A stretch of 64,000 nucleotides of DNA from Azolla caroliniana (taxonomy: Eukaryota; Plantae; Polypodiophyta). The position numbers were made by a program, and so were the translations under genes. This document shows positions 36,001-48,961 of the stretch, one piece after another. How positions within the stretch are numbered: the stretch's first letter is position 1; the number at the start of each line of letters is the position of its first letter. The stretch is taken from NCBI GenBank assembly GCA_043228905.1, contig JBHGNT010000008.1, forward strand, positions 12,090,001 through 12,154,000, read 5' to 3'. The notes beneath the pieces are model-generated. The model was given only the letters and a program-made list of their open reading frames with translations. It did no database searches and was not told the DNA's origin.

Positions 36001-37000
36001 AATCCATCGCGATACCAAATCCGGATATTGCCGAACAAGAGGACCTCAGCCCATGTCACCGGAAATTACCACTACGGCGAACAGCACGGAACGGCAAGCG
36101 GAGCCCCCCGCAATACTAGACAGCGAAACCATCGACCAAGAGGAACCCCAACCACCGGAGCATACACTTACGGCCGACATCATGGAGGAATTTCGGGACC
36201 AAGAGGAACCCCAACCCCACTCTCCAGAGCGTACGACTACGACGGACATCACGGAGGAAGTTACGAACGAAACAGAGCCGCGACCTACCGCAAGCCCGCG
36301 GATGGTTGAACCAACCCCAATAGCCCAAGAAGAGCCTGCAGAACCCGAACCGCCCACATAAGAAGCCAGTGACACCATGGGAAGGCCTCCCGACCAAGCA
36401 GGGGAACCACACAACGACGTGCCTACGGGCCCTACGCCGTCCCCGGACCCGGACACAGTAGCAGAACCAAACATCAGAGCCATTTTGGAGGAAGATTAAA
36501 GGGGTGGGTCCAACGTGCCATGGCACTGTCCCACAAGCATGCCAGGTGTTGTCCACCGGAATAGTAACCGACGCAGTAATATACAATAGAGTAATATTGT
36601 AACGCATGTAAACCGTTCATGCGGGAACCGTGAACGGCTAAAAGACCCTGCGTATATAAAGGGCAGAAAACCTTTGATAGAGGCGTATTTTGAATGTAAA
36701 AGGAGTATTTTAATAGAGTTCTATCTTCTCTGATTTCTGTGCGTATTTGTAGTTAATCTACTGTGTGTTTGTGATTCCTGGGTGGCGTAGCGCAGTCATA
36801 AGAGTGTAGGCATGAGTAACAGTGTGGTTGCTAGTCCACTGTCTAAGGAGTTTGGTTGTAGCCGTCTCCCTTGTACGCTACTAGGATACGAGAGGTATCC
36901 CACTAAGTATTACGCTACGACGATGCCATTCGTTGCAACACAATCACTTTGAGGTCTAGGTTGAAGGACTGACCGTAGACCATGTTCCTAATCAGTAACA
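33050..37000 (+). mobile_element. Athila/Tat-like element E, 3' half (INT tail, ORF3 ~33767-36499, 3' LTR 36547-37000)
   Basis: INT tail (LWAY..SYKTSIQSTPF); ORF3 and LTR closely similar to element G. Confidence 0.92.
36504..36544 (+). other. tRNA-Arg 3'-end mimic / inverted PBS at the PPT position (element E)
   Basis: GTGGGTCCAAC-GTGCCATGGCAC-TGTCCCACAAGCATGCCA, then GG and the LTR at 36547. Confidence 0.8.
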
Positions 37001-37005
37001 ATCGT

Positions 37006-38838
37006 TTAAAAGAATACGATTGTGGAAGCTAAGACAAAGAATAGTTAAAGAATATGGAGACAGGTTTAATGGAAACCTTACATGATAGAGACAGAGATAG
37101 AGCAGAACAGAATAAACTAAATTCAAAAAAATAACACTCGTATTGAGCTCCTTGAAAGATTCCTTGAAGGACTAATCGAAGTAATGACAAGTACTTCAAT
37201 ACTCGTACTCAGCTCCTGGCACTAACGACAAGAACATTAACTACCTAGTAGTTAGAAGCGTAGCCCTCTGACAACCTAATGGTTCACATGCGAGTCATGC
37301 TCTCCGATCCGGCTCTTCGATCTCTGATCCGGCTCTAGGCCCTGGATGTTATCCGAACACCGATCCGGATACGATCCGGCTTTGTCTTATTCAACCGATC
37401 CGAATCCGGTTGAGCTAGTTTACCCAACACTCCCCCTCAAGCTTAACTTGAGGTTGGATTGTTGTGCCAGTGTCTGTGGTAGTGGCAGCCGGTCCTTTTC
37501 TCCAACTCCTGCTTGCGCTCATGCGTCTTCCTCACTCTCCGCGTCCGGTCCGGTTCCTCTTTCCTTGACATGTCTGGTTCTGCGCTCCTCAACCTTCTCG
37601 GTCAGCTTGTCAGCTACTTTGGCCCTTATCAGCTCCCTTACTATCGCGGTGTTGGCGCCGCTCGACCCATCGGCTCTTCCGTGTCGGTGTCAACTTCGGC
37701 AACCTTTTTGTCTGTTTGGCCCCTTGTAGATTCGACTCCTCCGAATCAAACATTTCAATTGAATCTAGTGACCCCAATTCACTTTTAATCTTGACCGAAT
37801 CAACTATCTCGGATTTGTTCTTCTCCTTATCAGAGTTGGTTATCTCCAACTTGCCTCCGATTTCCGTACCTTTCACGACATTAGACCATGTCTATGTCTC
37901 AATTTTTTCGACTTTGCCTCTGCTTTCTTTGGCTGGCTCTGACTTAGGCTCTCCATTCCGGTGGCTCCCCCTACGTCCGGTCTCGACTTCTTCAGTCGAC
38001 CCGTGCACTCCAATTTCTTCAGTTGGGTCGAAGTGAAAATCGGTTTTCGACTTAGCTTTTTGGTTGTCTTTCTCATTACCCCCCCTCATGTTTCGCATAT
38101 CAAGGTACTACACACCCAGTGCATTGGAAAATTTCCGCAACTTGTCTAAGCCAAGGGGCTTGGTGAAGATATCGGCCACATGGCGATCTGTCGGAATATG
38201 CAACAGTTCCACTTCACCGGAGACAACACACTCATAGAAAATATATAGTGCACCTCGATGTGCTTTGTCTGGGCATGAAAGACGGGGTTCTTCGCCAGGG
38301 TGTTGTTGAGGTTTTCAAAGTAGATCGCAACGGGATTGGACACCTCCACACGCAAATCCTTGAGAAACCTTTTTAGCCATATTGTTTCGCACGTTGCTAT
38401 AGCCCCTCCTCGGTACTCGGCCTCCGTGCTCGACAGTGCTACTGTCGGCTGCTTTTTACTGCTTCAGGGGATTGCGACACTTCCAAATGAAAACACATAT
38501 CCAGATGTAGACCTACGGTCACCAACATTTACGACCCAATTGGCATATGTGTAGCCAAGAAGTCGTTCGATTACATCGGCCCAATATAGCAACCCCCTAC
38601 CCTTAGTGCCACTAACATATTGCAAGATGTGGTGTGCTCACTAAAGTTGCTCCATGGTCGGATGTGCCATAAATTAACTGATCAATCTGACCAGATAGCT
38701 GAGGTATGGTCGGGTGATAATCAGGTAGATAAGGCTTCCGACTATCTATCAGAACTTTTTCAAATCGCATGTTATTCCAGAGTCGGGTCAAAGCTTAACA
38801 TTCCGGTCCAGAGGAGTTGAGACAGATTTGCATTTCGT
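37006..38838 (-). mobile_element. Ty1/copia element C, 3' part (RT end, RH, ~700-bp 3' region, PPT 37430-37440, 3' LTR ~37006-37429)
   Basis: RH motifs (STSGYVF, SSTEAEY, NPVFHAQTKHIEV); TTGAGGGGGAG PPT; LTR resembles the copia B LTR. Confidence 0.88.
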
Positions 38839-39881
38839 TGTCGTGAAGATTTTCGGCAATGGTGTGAAAATCTTATAAAACATATGAAATCGAGTATGAA
38901 TCATATAAAACAATAATAGTGAAAATACTATTTTAAATATGTTTAATATTTTAGTACAAAAATATGGAGGTCTGCAAGAGCTTTTGAATGCACCTTACTA
39001 CATAAGAAACAAACATCTAAGTCTCAAGTTATGTGGGTAGGAAGTTTGCAAAGGAAAAGAGAAAAATAAAACTGTGAAATATCCCACATAGAAAGGAAAA
39101 GTTTAGGCCCAGCTATATAAGCAGATTGAGATCCATCATAATTCATCTATGTGTTAAGAGCACATAAGAAATAGTTGCACTTGAGCCACATTTGTCTAGA
39201 TGGACATATGTGGCTAAATCGCCGGATGTGGCTAAGTGCCTGAACCAGTTGGTGAAGAAACTCAAACCGGTTGACGATAAAACCGGACACCAGATGGAGC
39301 CAGCAATCGGTGACCGGATGCATCCAGCAATTGGCGACGGAACCAGTGATCGGCGATCCGGCGACCGACGGTAACCAGCGAACCAGTGTCATCGGGCGAC
39401 GACCGGCATTAGGCGAACCAGTGTCATCTGGCATCCGGCGACTGGATAGATATATAAATAAAAAAATAAATATATGTATACACATATATATACACAAAGA
39501 GTGCAAGTGTGGATTTGAACCTTGCACCTCCAAGTTGAGAGTCTATAGGCTTACCACTAAGCCAAGACATTTTCTTGAAAAATATTTTTATCATTGTAAC
39601 TTTATCTGTAAATTCTCATACATGAGAGCTAAAATGAGTGACATGGTTATCATGCACCACATGTAATACATGAGTGCCAAATGGCAAACATGCATTTTAT
39701 GCATGTCTTGAACCCACAAATGCATGAGGGCATCTATAAAAGAGGGGATAAAAAAGATCAAAGGGGGATTTTTGTATATAAAATTCTTATCAAGAGTTTT
39801 GTACTTTATATTAAAATTAATATTAAAAAGAAAAATCGTTATCCTTTTGATGATATACCTTGTTCTTCAAATCTAAAGTCA
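38839..39881 (+). mobile_element. LTR-like segment of the TGTCGTGAAG family; right end uncertain
   Basis: First 17 nt identical to the solo LTR at 7864 (TGTCGTGAAGATTTTCG); CTATAAAAG at ~39734; GC-rich short repeats at 39290-39445; tRNA-like cassette. Confidence 0.65.
39500..39570 (-). promoter_or_regulatory. tRNA-like Pol III cassette (A box TGGCTTAGTGG, B box GGTTCAAATCC)
   Basis: Boxes at 39564-39554 and 39521-39511 with tRNA-like 43-nt spacing; no complete cloverleaf. Confidence 0.7.
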
Positions 39882-42800
39882 TCGTGGCACCTCCATCAAA
39901 TGGACGTCAAGGGCGCCTTTCTTCAAGGCGAATTAGAAGAGGAGGTGTACATGGTACAACCTCCCGGCTTTGAATCACACATTCATTCGAAAGTCGTGTG
40001 CCAACTCAAATAGCCAGTCTACGGCCTTAAGCAAGTACCGCGTGCTTGGCATTCGAAGATTACACACTATCTTCATCAAATCGGCTTTCAAATGTCGAAA
40101 TCCGACAACTCCCTCTACGTACGTCATGACTCTAGAAGCTTAATTATCATCATCCTATACGTGTATGATCTAGTCATTGGAGGTGAAAGTCTAGTTGACA
40201 TCAACAAGGTCAAGTCCCTCCTCTCCGGAAAATTCGAGATGACGGACATGAGGAGCTCCATTACTTCATGGGCATCGAAGTAATTCGGATTTCGACCGAT
40301 ATTATGATCTCTCAACGACACTACATCCTCAACTTGTTATAAAAGTTCGGGATGACTGAGGGCAATTCGGTGGCTACGCATCTCGATTAAAACCTCAAAC
40401 TAGATGCTGACTCCGGCACAGACGAGTGCGAGCCGACCCAATATCGTCATCTGATCGGGAGCCTCATCTATCTCACGATCACTTGACCCGACCTTAGCTA
40501 TCTAGTCGAACTCCTTAGCCAATTCATGCAAACTCCGTGAGATATCATTTTGATTGCGCTAACCGAGTATTATGATACATGAGCGACACAATGGATTACG
40601 ACGTTCTCTACGCATCAGCCACACCAATACGTCTAGAAGGGTACACAGATGCGAACTAGGCAGGCTACATAGACGATCAATGATCGACCTCCGGAATTGT
40701 CTTCTTGCTCAGTAGCATAGCAATATCTTGGAGTAGTAAGAAGCAACATACCGTCGCACTTTTGAGTACGGAGGCCGAATACAGGGGAGCAACCGTAGTT
40801 GCATGTGAAGCCGTATGGCTCAAGAGGATTTTGAAGGATCTGGACGTTCCCATCAAGGATCTGACTCCCATTTACTGCAACAACATGAGCAGTATATATC
40901 TGGCTCGGAACCCAGTGTTCCACGCATGCACAAAGCATATCGAAGTGCACTAGCACTTCATTCGAGAGCATGTTCAGGCCGGAGATGTCGATCTTCTACA
41001 TATCAACACGAATCTTTAGACAACTGACATCTTCACCAAGGCCCTAGGAGCCGACAAGCTTCGGCAATTCATGTTAGCCCTTGGATTGACGATCCCTGAC
41101 TTGCCCAACTTGAGGGGGAGTACAAGAGGACACCTGAGATCGTTTGAACCGGGTACCAGCCGAAGCAGACATCAACCAAAAGGAACCGACCCGAGTTGAG
41201 ATTGAGGGGGTGTGTTGAAAATCAAGCTCAACATAGTGCAACGTGTGAACACACCTTTTGAGAATCCATGATTACTCAAAGGTCAAGAGTCACACCACTA
41301 CTCTCTACACATTAACTATGTGTCATAGAATCATATTCTATGACACATAACTAATGAGTTACATATTCCCCATGACTATGAGTCTTCACATTCCCCAAGA
41401 TAGAGAGTGGTTGTTGTAAGTTAATGAAGAGAGAGGGCGAGTCTATATAAAGCACCCTCCTCATACTTCATACCAAGTGTTGTCCGCCAGAATAGTAACC
41501 GACGGACAGGAGCGCAGAAATATAGAATATAGTAAAAACATAACGCATGTAACGGGTCATGCGGGAAGCATGAACGGCTAAAAGACCCTGTGTATATAAA
41601 GGGTAGAAATCCTATGTAAGAGGTAGCGTGTAAGTTTTGGTGCATAGAGCGTATCTTAATAGAGTTTTATCTTCTCTGATCCTCTATCATGCATATCTGT
41701 GGTTAATCTACTGTGTGTCTGTGATTCTTGGTGGTGTATTGTAGTAGTAAGAGGCGTAGGCATGAGTACGAGTGTTGTTACTAGTGCACTGTCTAGGGAG
41801 TTTGGTTGTAGCCGTCTCTCTTATACGCTACTAGGATATGGAGAGATATCCCATTACGTATTACGGTACGACTCTATCATTCGTGGCAACGCAGTCACCT
41901 TGAGGTCTAGGTCGAAGGACTGACTGAAGACTGTGTTCCTAATCGGTAACACTTTTGGCATGCTTGGTGATCTATGTCTTCTCACAGACGAACAACGACG
42001 AATGGATGTTTAGCCGCAGACGTCCCAGAGAACCAACACGACAAGACCGACCAATCACAAGGTCCATCACATGCTAGGCAGAGGAACACGCATGACAAAA
42101 ACCTTGCCTCAGTGACCTCAATGATACCTGTCCAGACCACAAAGACGATTTCCCGCTCACCAAATACCCCAGCGACAAGCAGGAAGTTCACTCACCACAC
42201 AAGCACTGTGGTCTTTCCCTGCTCGCCATAGCGTCCAACATGGCCTTCTCTTATCCCCGCTTCAACGGCGAAACCGACACCACAACCCACATTCGCCTGT
42301 TCCTAAATGTCTGGAATGAAAATCACATGGCGCAGAGCCTTCGTGAAGAAGTCACGCACCAGTCCAAAATGACAGAGTCCGGATTAATTCTGGATGGGAG
42401 AGCGGCGTTTTGGTATTCGCAGATGGATCTGCCAGCAATCAAGACCTTCGACCAGTTGCAGTCGGCCTTTTTGTGTTTCTTTCATCGAAGGGTGCCGCAA
42501 CGTGAAATCCTTGGCAGTTTTATACAATTAAACAGTTGTGGGCCGAGACTGTACCGGATTTCAGTTTACGCTTCCAAAATCTACGACGGAAATTAGAACG
42601 GGGCCCGACGGAGGACGAGGCTCGGGAGACATTCCTGGCAACTCTACGACGACTGATACGGACGAAGGTCAACAACAATAGCATGAAAGGAGAAATGGCC
42701 GACATGGTCATAGAACGAGCGCTACAGCTCGTGCTGGACGAAGAAGAGGAAAGGTTTTCCATGTCCTCATTACGGCAAGTGTTACATCAAGACTTGAATT

Positions 42801-45399
42801 CTGGGCATTCCGCAGTCGAATGCAACATGCGAATCCATTGCCCAATCTTTCACTTGAAAGCACACACGGTCAAGCAGTGTGAGTACAATATGTTGAACAA
42901 ATCCATGCCCACAGTACGAAGCGTGGAAACACAGCACCCCCCTCGCCGTAATGAGCAAAGGCACCAAGAATAACGACCCCGGTATATGGATCGGAACCCA
43001 CACGATGACCGCCACTACCGGAATCGTTGGAATAACAATGATTTCGAGGAAGACGAGCCGAAGGATGAAGACTACTGTGGCAACCACAGAAATACTGAAG
43101 GGGGCCGATGCTACGAGAATTACTGTCTGACGAACAAACGTGGCGGCTTCAATGGGCCTCGCGGAAAACATCGTCAGTATCGGGACCAACAACGGTATGA
43201 CGAAAGTTCGGACGATGACCAGCACCAGGAACCACGTTGGGACCAACAACAACCACCGCGTACGCTCCGAAGAACGAACCAAGACCGGGAGGAGCAAGTC
43301 ACACCTGGGGATCGGCACACACCACCAGTTGCCGAGAAAGGTTAATCTAGCGTCCATTGTTTTGTTTGCCAACAACTCGGACATTATGCCACACAATGAA
43401 CATTATGCAAGGGCAAGGGGCCCGCCATCAATACGATTACGGCGGAAGTGCAGCAAGTCACGACATGACAACAAATAAAAAATGTTGATTGGGCCACGCA
43501 AGATGAGATATGTCAGACGGCCCAAGCAAACGCAGCAAATACGGAATGCATGCGGAAGGAGTCCGCGAACACGATGGAGCCTTCGGAGGAAGATGTAATA
43601 TCTCCAGATCCCATATGGCAAGCACTGGCAGGCTGTGAGATAACACTAACCAAGGAGAAGCTACTTCAATTAGTCCCACGGTTCCACCAGACCGTGGAGG
43701 ATCATATAACGGGCAGGCAGAACTGGGGTAAGCGTCTCCGCCAATTTTACGGACATCAGTGCCGGACCAACAGTGGTGGATCACCACAATCCGGCTATGA
43801 AGTTGATATTACACAGTCAGGAAATCACAGGATGCATAATCGACAGCGGCTTTGGCGTCAATGTAATTAGCACGAAGACATGCGAACAATTGGGAATTTC
43901 AGAATGGGAAGCTTGCCCGTTTTGGCTTCGCATGGTGGATACCCGCTTAGTATGGCCATTGGGTTTAATACGCAAGTTAGGCATTATCGTTGGAGGACAT
44001 CACTTCAACGTCTCGGCGGTAGTCCTCGCCCTCGACGGTCCAGGAGCGTATGCTATGCTGCTGGGCAGACCGTGGCTTCGTTCAACGAATATCAAGCAAA
44101 GCTGGCAACATAAGTGCATTAGCTTTCGACGCGGACGCACCAAGGTTCGCGTACCAATAGAGGAAATGGTGGCACAACCCAAGGACATAATATCGTTATA
44201 CGCGGAGGATATAAATATGTTGGCTGGGGTGGATGATACAGAATTAGAAGTATACCTAGACGAGCACCCCTAGATCATTCCGCTATTCGAAATCGACGTC
44301 AGAGAAACCGCGACGGAGTATGCCACGCCCGCTACGCTCCACGAGGAGGCTTACGAACTAGACCCAGAGTCAATATTATAACTAAGCAGAGCATGGGCAG
44401 CGTTCGAGAGGGAAATGGAAATTTCACGACGAGTCACTGCCTCAGCCCTAGAAGAAGTAAACGTTGGTATGGCATCAGAACCCCAATTCCTCTCCATCGC
44501 AAAAGAATTACTACCGGATCAGAGAAACGCGATGATAACACTACTCAGGAAGTATAAAGATGTGTTCGCCTGGTGCCACGAGGACATGAAGGGGTTAGAT
44601 CCGAAGTTCTATCAACGTACGATCAATTTAGCGATTGATGTGAAACCGGTCCAGCAGCGTCGATACCTCATGAACCCAAACTACGTTGTCGTGCCTTTAG
44701 GCTCCGGATCGTTGCGTGAGTCGGGTGGGAACCGCCGACGTTTTGGACTAGTAGGAAGAGGAATACAACTTAAGGCTAATTATGAATAGTAGAAAGAGAA
44801 GTAAGATAGCAATCTCGTGAATCCCACGAGTTTAGTGTATTTAAAACAATATTTAGATTATAAGAGTAATTTAGATGGCAAAATTCGTGAATCCCACGAA
44901 TATATTAGATTGATCAATCCTTGTATATTAATCAACAACCTTATACATATTTCTCTCCTCCTTATATAAAGATGGAAGAGGCTAAGCATGGCTTCATGCT
45001 TTTTCACAAAAAGTGTCCATGCACACTAAATGTGCATGTGATGCTTTGTCATTTCCTAAGTATAGGGCTCATGCACGCTAGATGTGCATGAGTCACTTTT
45101 AATGTCACGTGTAAATAAAATAATCACACCCTAAAGAATACATGATTTTTACCTTTTAATAAAGGTATGTGTAAATAAAGGTCTTATACGTATTAAATCT
45201 ATATATATAAGTAAAGATAAGTTATTACAATGGTAAAGTTGAGGTTTATCTACGTGGAGGTGCAGGGTTTGAATCCTGCCCTATGCATGTGATAAATATT
45301 TTGATATATTATTTATTTATTTATATGTATCTAAAATTGGATATATTATTTTATGGTTTTCACGTAGTGTGTGGAATACACTACGACACTCGCCCCCTC

Positions 45400-48300
45400 C
45401 GAACCCACACATCCTCCGGTATGTGTCGAAGTTCTCGATTCCTCATATCCGTCTTCACCCAAAGCTTCCTCTGATTCTCCCCTTATGTCGACTATGAGTT
45501 GTAATTCACTTTCTTCGCTTCCCACATCACCGTGGTCTTCGTCCGATTGCTCCTCGTTGTCGGCCTTGGCTTGGATCACATAGGGTTTGTCGTCGGTCCG
45601 CTTCTTGAAAATCTTCACCCGCTTCCCGGTTATAGGCATTCGTAGTATTGTTCCATCCAACTCGGACAGTCGGTATGTTCCGTTGTCGAAGACTTTCCGA
45701 ACCTCGTATGGTCCGAACCACCTTTTCGCGAATTTCCGCATCGTTGTATGTTGATGGTCCAAACTACTGTCATAGACGATCACCCAATCTCCTTCTTCAA
45801 TCCTCCTCGGTCGTAATCGGTGCTTTGTGTCGAACCGGCTTTTGTTCCGGAATCGTGCTTCTTGTTGTCGGCGTATTGCTTCCGCTATGTCTGCCAGTCT
45901 TCCCTCTAGTTGTCGTATCCGGAACGCTAGTAGTTCTTCCCGGCTCATCTCTTCCTTCCACGGTAGCACTATCCATGTTGCGATCGCGGTTTACGTCGGC
46001 ATTACCGGTGCTTGTCCGGTCATGAGTTCTGTCGGCATGTAACCGGTTACGGAGCTATGCATCGTCCGATCCGCCCATAGTGCATACAGAAGCATCTGCG
46101 GCCAGTCCTTCACCTTTCCATTGCATGCCTTCGCAAGTGCTTTCACGATCGGACTATGTCCTCGTTCGATTTTCCCGTTGGCCTCTGGATTGTATGCCGT
46201 TGTCAACGATAACCGAACTCCGTGTTTGGCGAAGAATCCCCTAGCTTTGTCCGAGTCGAGTTCTCCCCGGTTCGCAATCACTTGTCCTACGCACCCGTAC
46301 CTACAAAATACTTCCTCCAAAAGAAATTGGCATACCGCGGAACACGTTTTCCTCTGAAGCGCTCGACCTTCTACTTGATTCGTGAGATCTTCCCGAGCTA
46401 ATACCAAGTATTTCTTTTGTCCGATCCCGGTCGGCATGGCCACTATGTCGACCATCCACTTGAAGTTGATTGTCTGTGAGAATGTCGGATGTAACTCATC
46501 TCGATGTCGAACCCCGGAGTAGACTTGACATTTCTCGCAGCTTTCCGTGAACTCCGCGACATCTTTGTACATTTTCTTCCACCAATATTTTTGCTTGATC
46601 TTCACAAATGTTGCCCATGTTCCTCGGTGTCCAGCCCAATCGGATTCGTGAAACTCAGACATTATCCGGTTTCGTTGCTCTTTTGTCCCGACTACTCGAA
46701 GTAGTATACCATCCGATCTTTTCGGCGCCCTCCATATTAATCCGTTTTCCAAGAAGAACTTTTGGACTTGCCTCTTCTTCCTTTGGATCTCGGCTCTTCT
46801 TCCTTTATCGTTTGTTGAATCCTCGGCCTCTTGTAACATCTTTCCGATCATCAAGCTTTCTCCCTCGTATTCTTCTTCCCAGAATTCTCGGATACCGTTC
46901 ACTCGGCATATGTGCTCCGACACGAAGTAGTCTTCGGAAACTTCTTCATTATCCGATTCGGTTATGTCGTCTCCGAACCGAGCCCTTGATAACATATCCG
47001 CTACCGCGTTGTCCTTCCCCGAGATGTGTCGAACCTCCGGATTAAGCGACTTGACATATGCAACCTACCTTAGCATAGCTACATCTGGTATCATACAACA
47101 CCGCATCATCCCGAGTATCGGAAGACAATCCGTCTCGATCACCACTTTGGCTCCGATCAAATAATCCCGATCCGATTTTATCGCCGACACGACTCCCCAC
47201 GTTGAGAATATCCACGTTGCCTTTTGTTGAGAATCTTTGCTCCGAATCGGATCGAATACCGCGAACCATCTGAGTCGGCTTGATTGATGACCCACCCGAT
47301 ACCGGTTGGACTTGTATCAACCGTTACTATGATCGGTCGGTCGTAGCTCGGCTTCTTAAGTGCTTCTACCCTCCGAAGTGTCTTCTTCAATTTCTTCATG
47401 GCTTTGGTGTGTTCCGGTTTCCATTCGAATTTCTTACCTTTCCGCAACAAGTGGTAGAGCGGGTCCGCTATATGTGCATAGTGCAGAATCCATATGTGAT
47501 AGAATGCACATGCACCGAGAAACCTTCGGACTTCGGATGTTGACTCGCATACTTCCTCCGTAGCTTGAATCGCATCGATCTTTGTTGGTGACGGTCTTCG
47601 GCCGTAGGGCCCACATAGATGTCCGACCACCAATATTTCTTCTTGCCCGAATGCCGATTTCTCCCTGGAAAGTGTTAGGTGCACATCTTCTAGCTTTCAC
47701 AACACTTTCTCGCAATCATGAATATGGTCGACCATGAACTTTCGGCATCCCCGATCATCCAAAAGTCTCATCTTTTTCTTCTACCGCGCATCCTTTCATC
47801 GGAATGTCATCGAGGAACGGCATCGTTATCTCCGGAATGCAGTCTCGAAGCACCTTGTTCATTGTTCATCATATGAGCAACCGAGTTTGTCGCTCCTTGC
47901 GGTAGTGTGCACATTCGGACTAATCCTATCGGTGTTCGCATGGTTGTGATGTCTCGGATCTCCACGGCTAGTTGGAATTGGTCATACCCCGAGTATAGGT
48001 CTCTGATGGAGTATATCGCACGACCGGCAAAAGATTCTGCAAATTCGTCCACTATCGGACCGACTCCCGAGTTCCGGATCGTGACCTTATTCACCGGTTG
48101 CAAGTCTTGGATAAATCGGAGTGACCCATTCTTCTTCGGAACCGTAAACCATCGATTTGAGTACGGAGCAGTTGATGGCTCTAGAATCTCCATCGCCATC
48201 TTCTCCTTGAGCAAGTCAATGACTTTTGGAATATGCGCTCGTGGCACCGGAATCGGCTTCAGGTTCCACAGTACATGGTCAATCGTGAAGATCACCATCG

Positions 48301-48961
48301 GCTCCACCATTCTCGGATCGATGCACCCTATCTCCCTTGATGTAAATGCAAACGCTTTGCCGTGTTGCTCCAACATCTCGCGAAACCGTTCTTCTTCTTT
48401 TTGTAATAGGAACCCACCTCCACCGATCCGAAGTTTCTTCCGGGTCTCATCCGTGAAGGCATGTCCGATATCCACGGACTTCTGAAGTGTCGGATCTCCC
48501 GAGACTTCTTTCCTCTTTTGTTCGCTATCGGCGGGTAGTGGTCCCGCGGCCGGTTTCACCTTCTTCTCCACGGTCTTGTATTTCGTACTTACCATTGCTT
48601 CTTCTTTGCGGAGCGTATCCGGCTCCATTTTCTCAATGATCTCATACATCTCGACCGATTCCACCGGGACTACCCGGTTCCCTTGGCTTTTATCTTCTGC
48701 AAGCTCTTCAAGTCGTTGTAGCGTGCTCCCATAGAACACTTCTTCGACTATCCCCACGATTTCTTCATCTTCTTTTATTATTGATGCCGACCACAACTTA
48801 TCCTCCACTTGTCGGTATCCTTTCTTCAATCCTCCGGTTACGGTCGTGTACGTAGATGCCCCATCCGGACCGATTCGTACATGTTTTGCTCCGAGAGTTT
48901 TCTTCCTGTGGGGTATCGGGGCTTCTCGGACTATCACTTCCCCACTCCGCAACAGTCGGCT
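45400..48961 (-). pseudogene. pol: RT-RH-INT of element J (frameshifted)
   Basis: ORFs 47807-48952, 47178-47684, 45991-46995 (H..GHRG..CEKC, GKIERGH) and 45346-45969 (WFGPY). Confidence 0.92.

Noticed and set aside
36487-36508. Purine run GGAGGAAGATTAAAGGGG as the PPT of E and G
   Set aside because: It lies ~40 nt upstream of the LTR start fixed by the LTR pair and TSD in G, and is absent at that position in D and F. It is kept only as an alternative hypothesis.
39500-39570. Functional tRNA genes at the A/B-box sites
   Set aside because: Acceptor and anticodon stems do not pair; these are reported only as tRNA-like promoter cassettes.
37001-39885. ATCGT at 37001 and 39881, or TCGT at 38835 and 39882, as TSDs
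   Set aside because: The flanks belong to copia sequences in opposite orientations and the right end lacks the family's CGACA terminus; unresolved.
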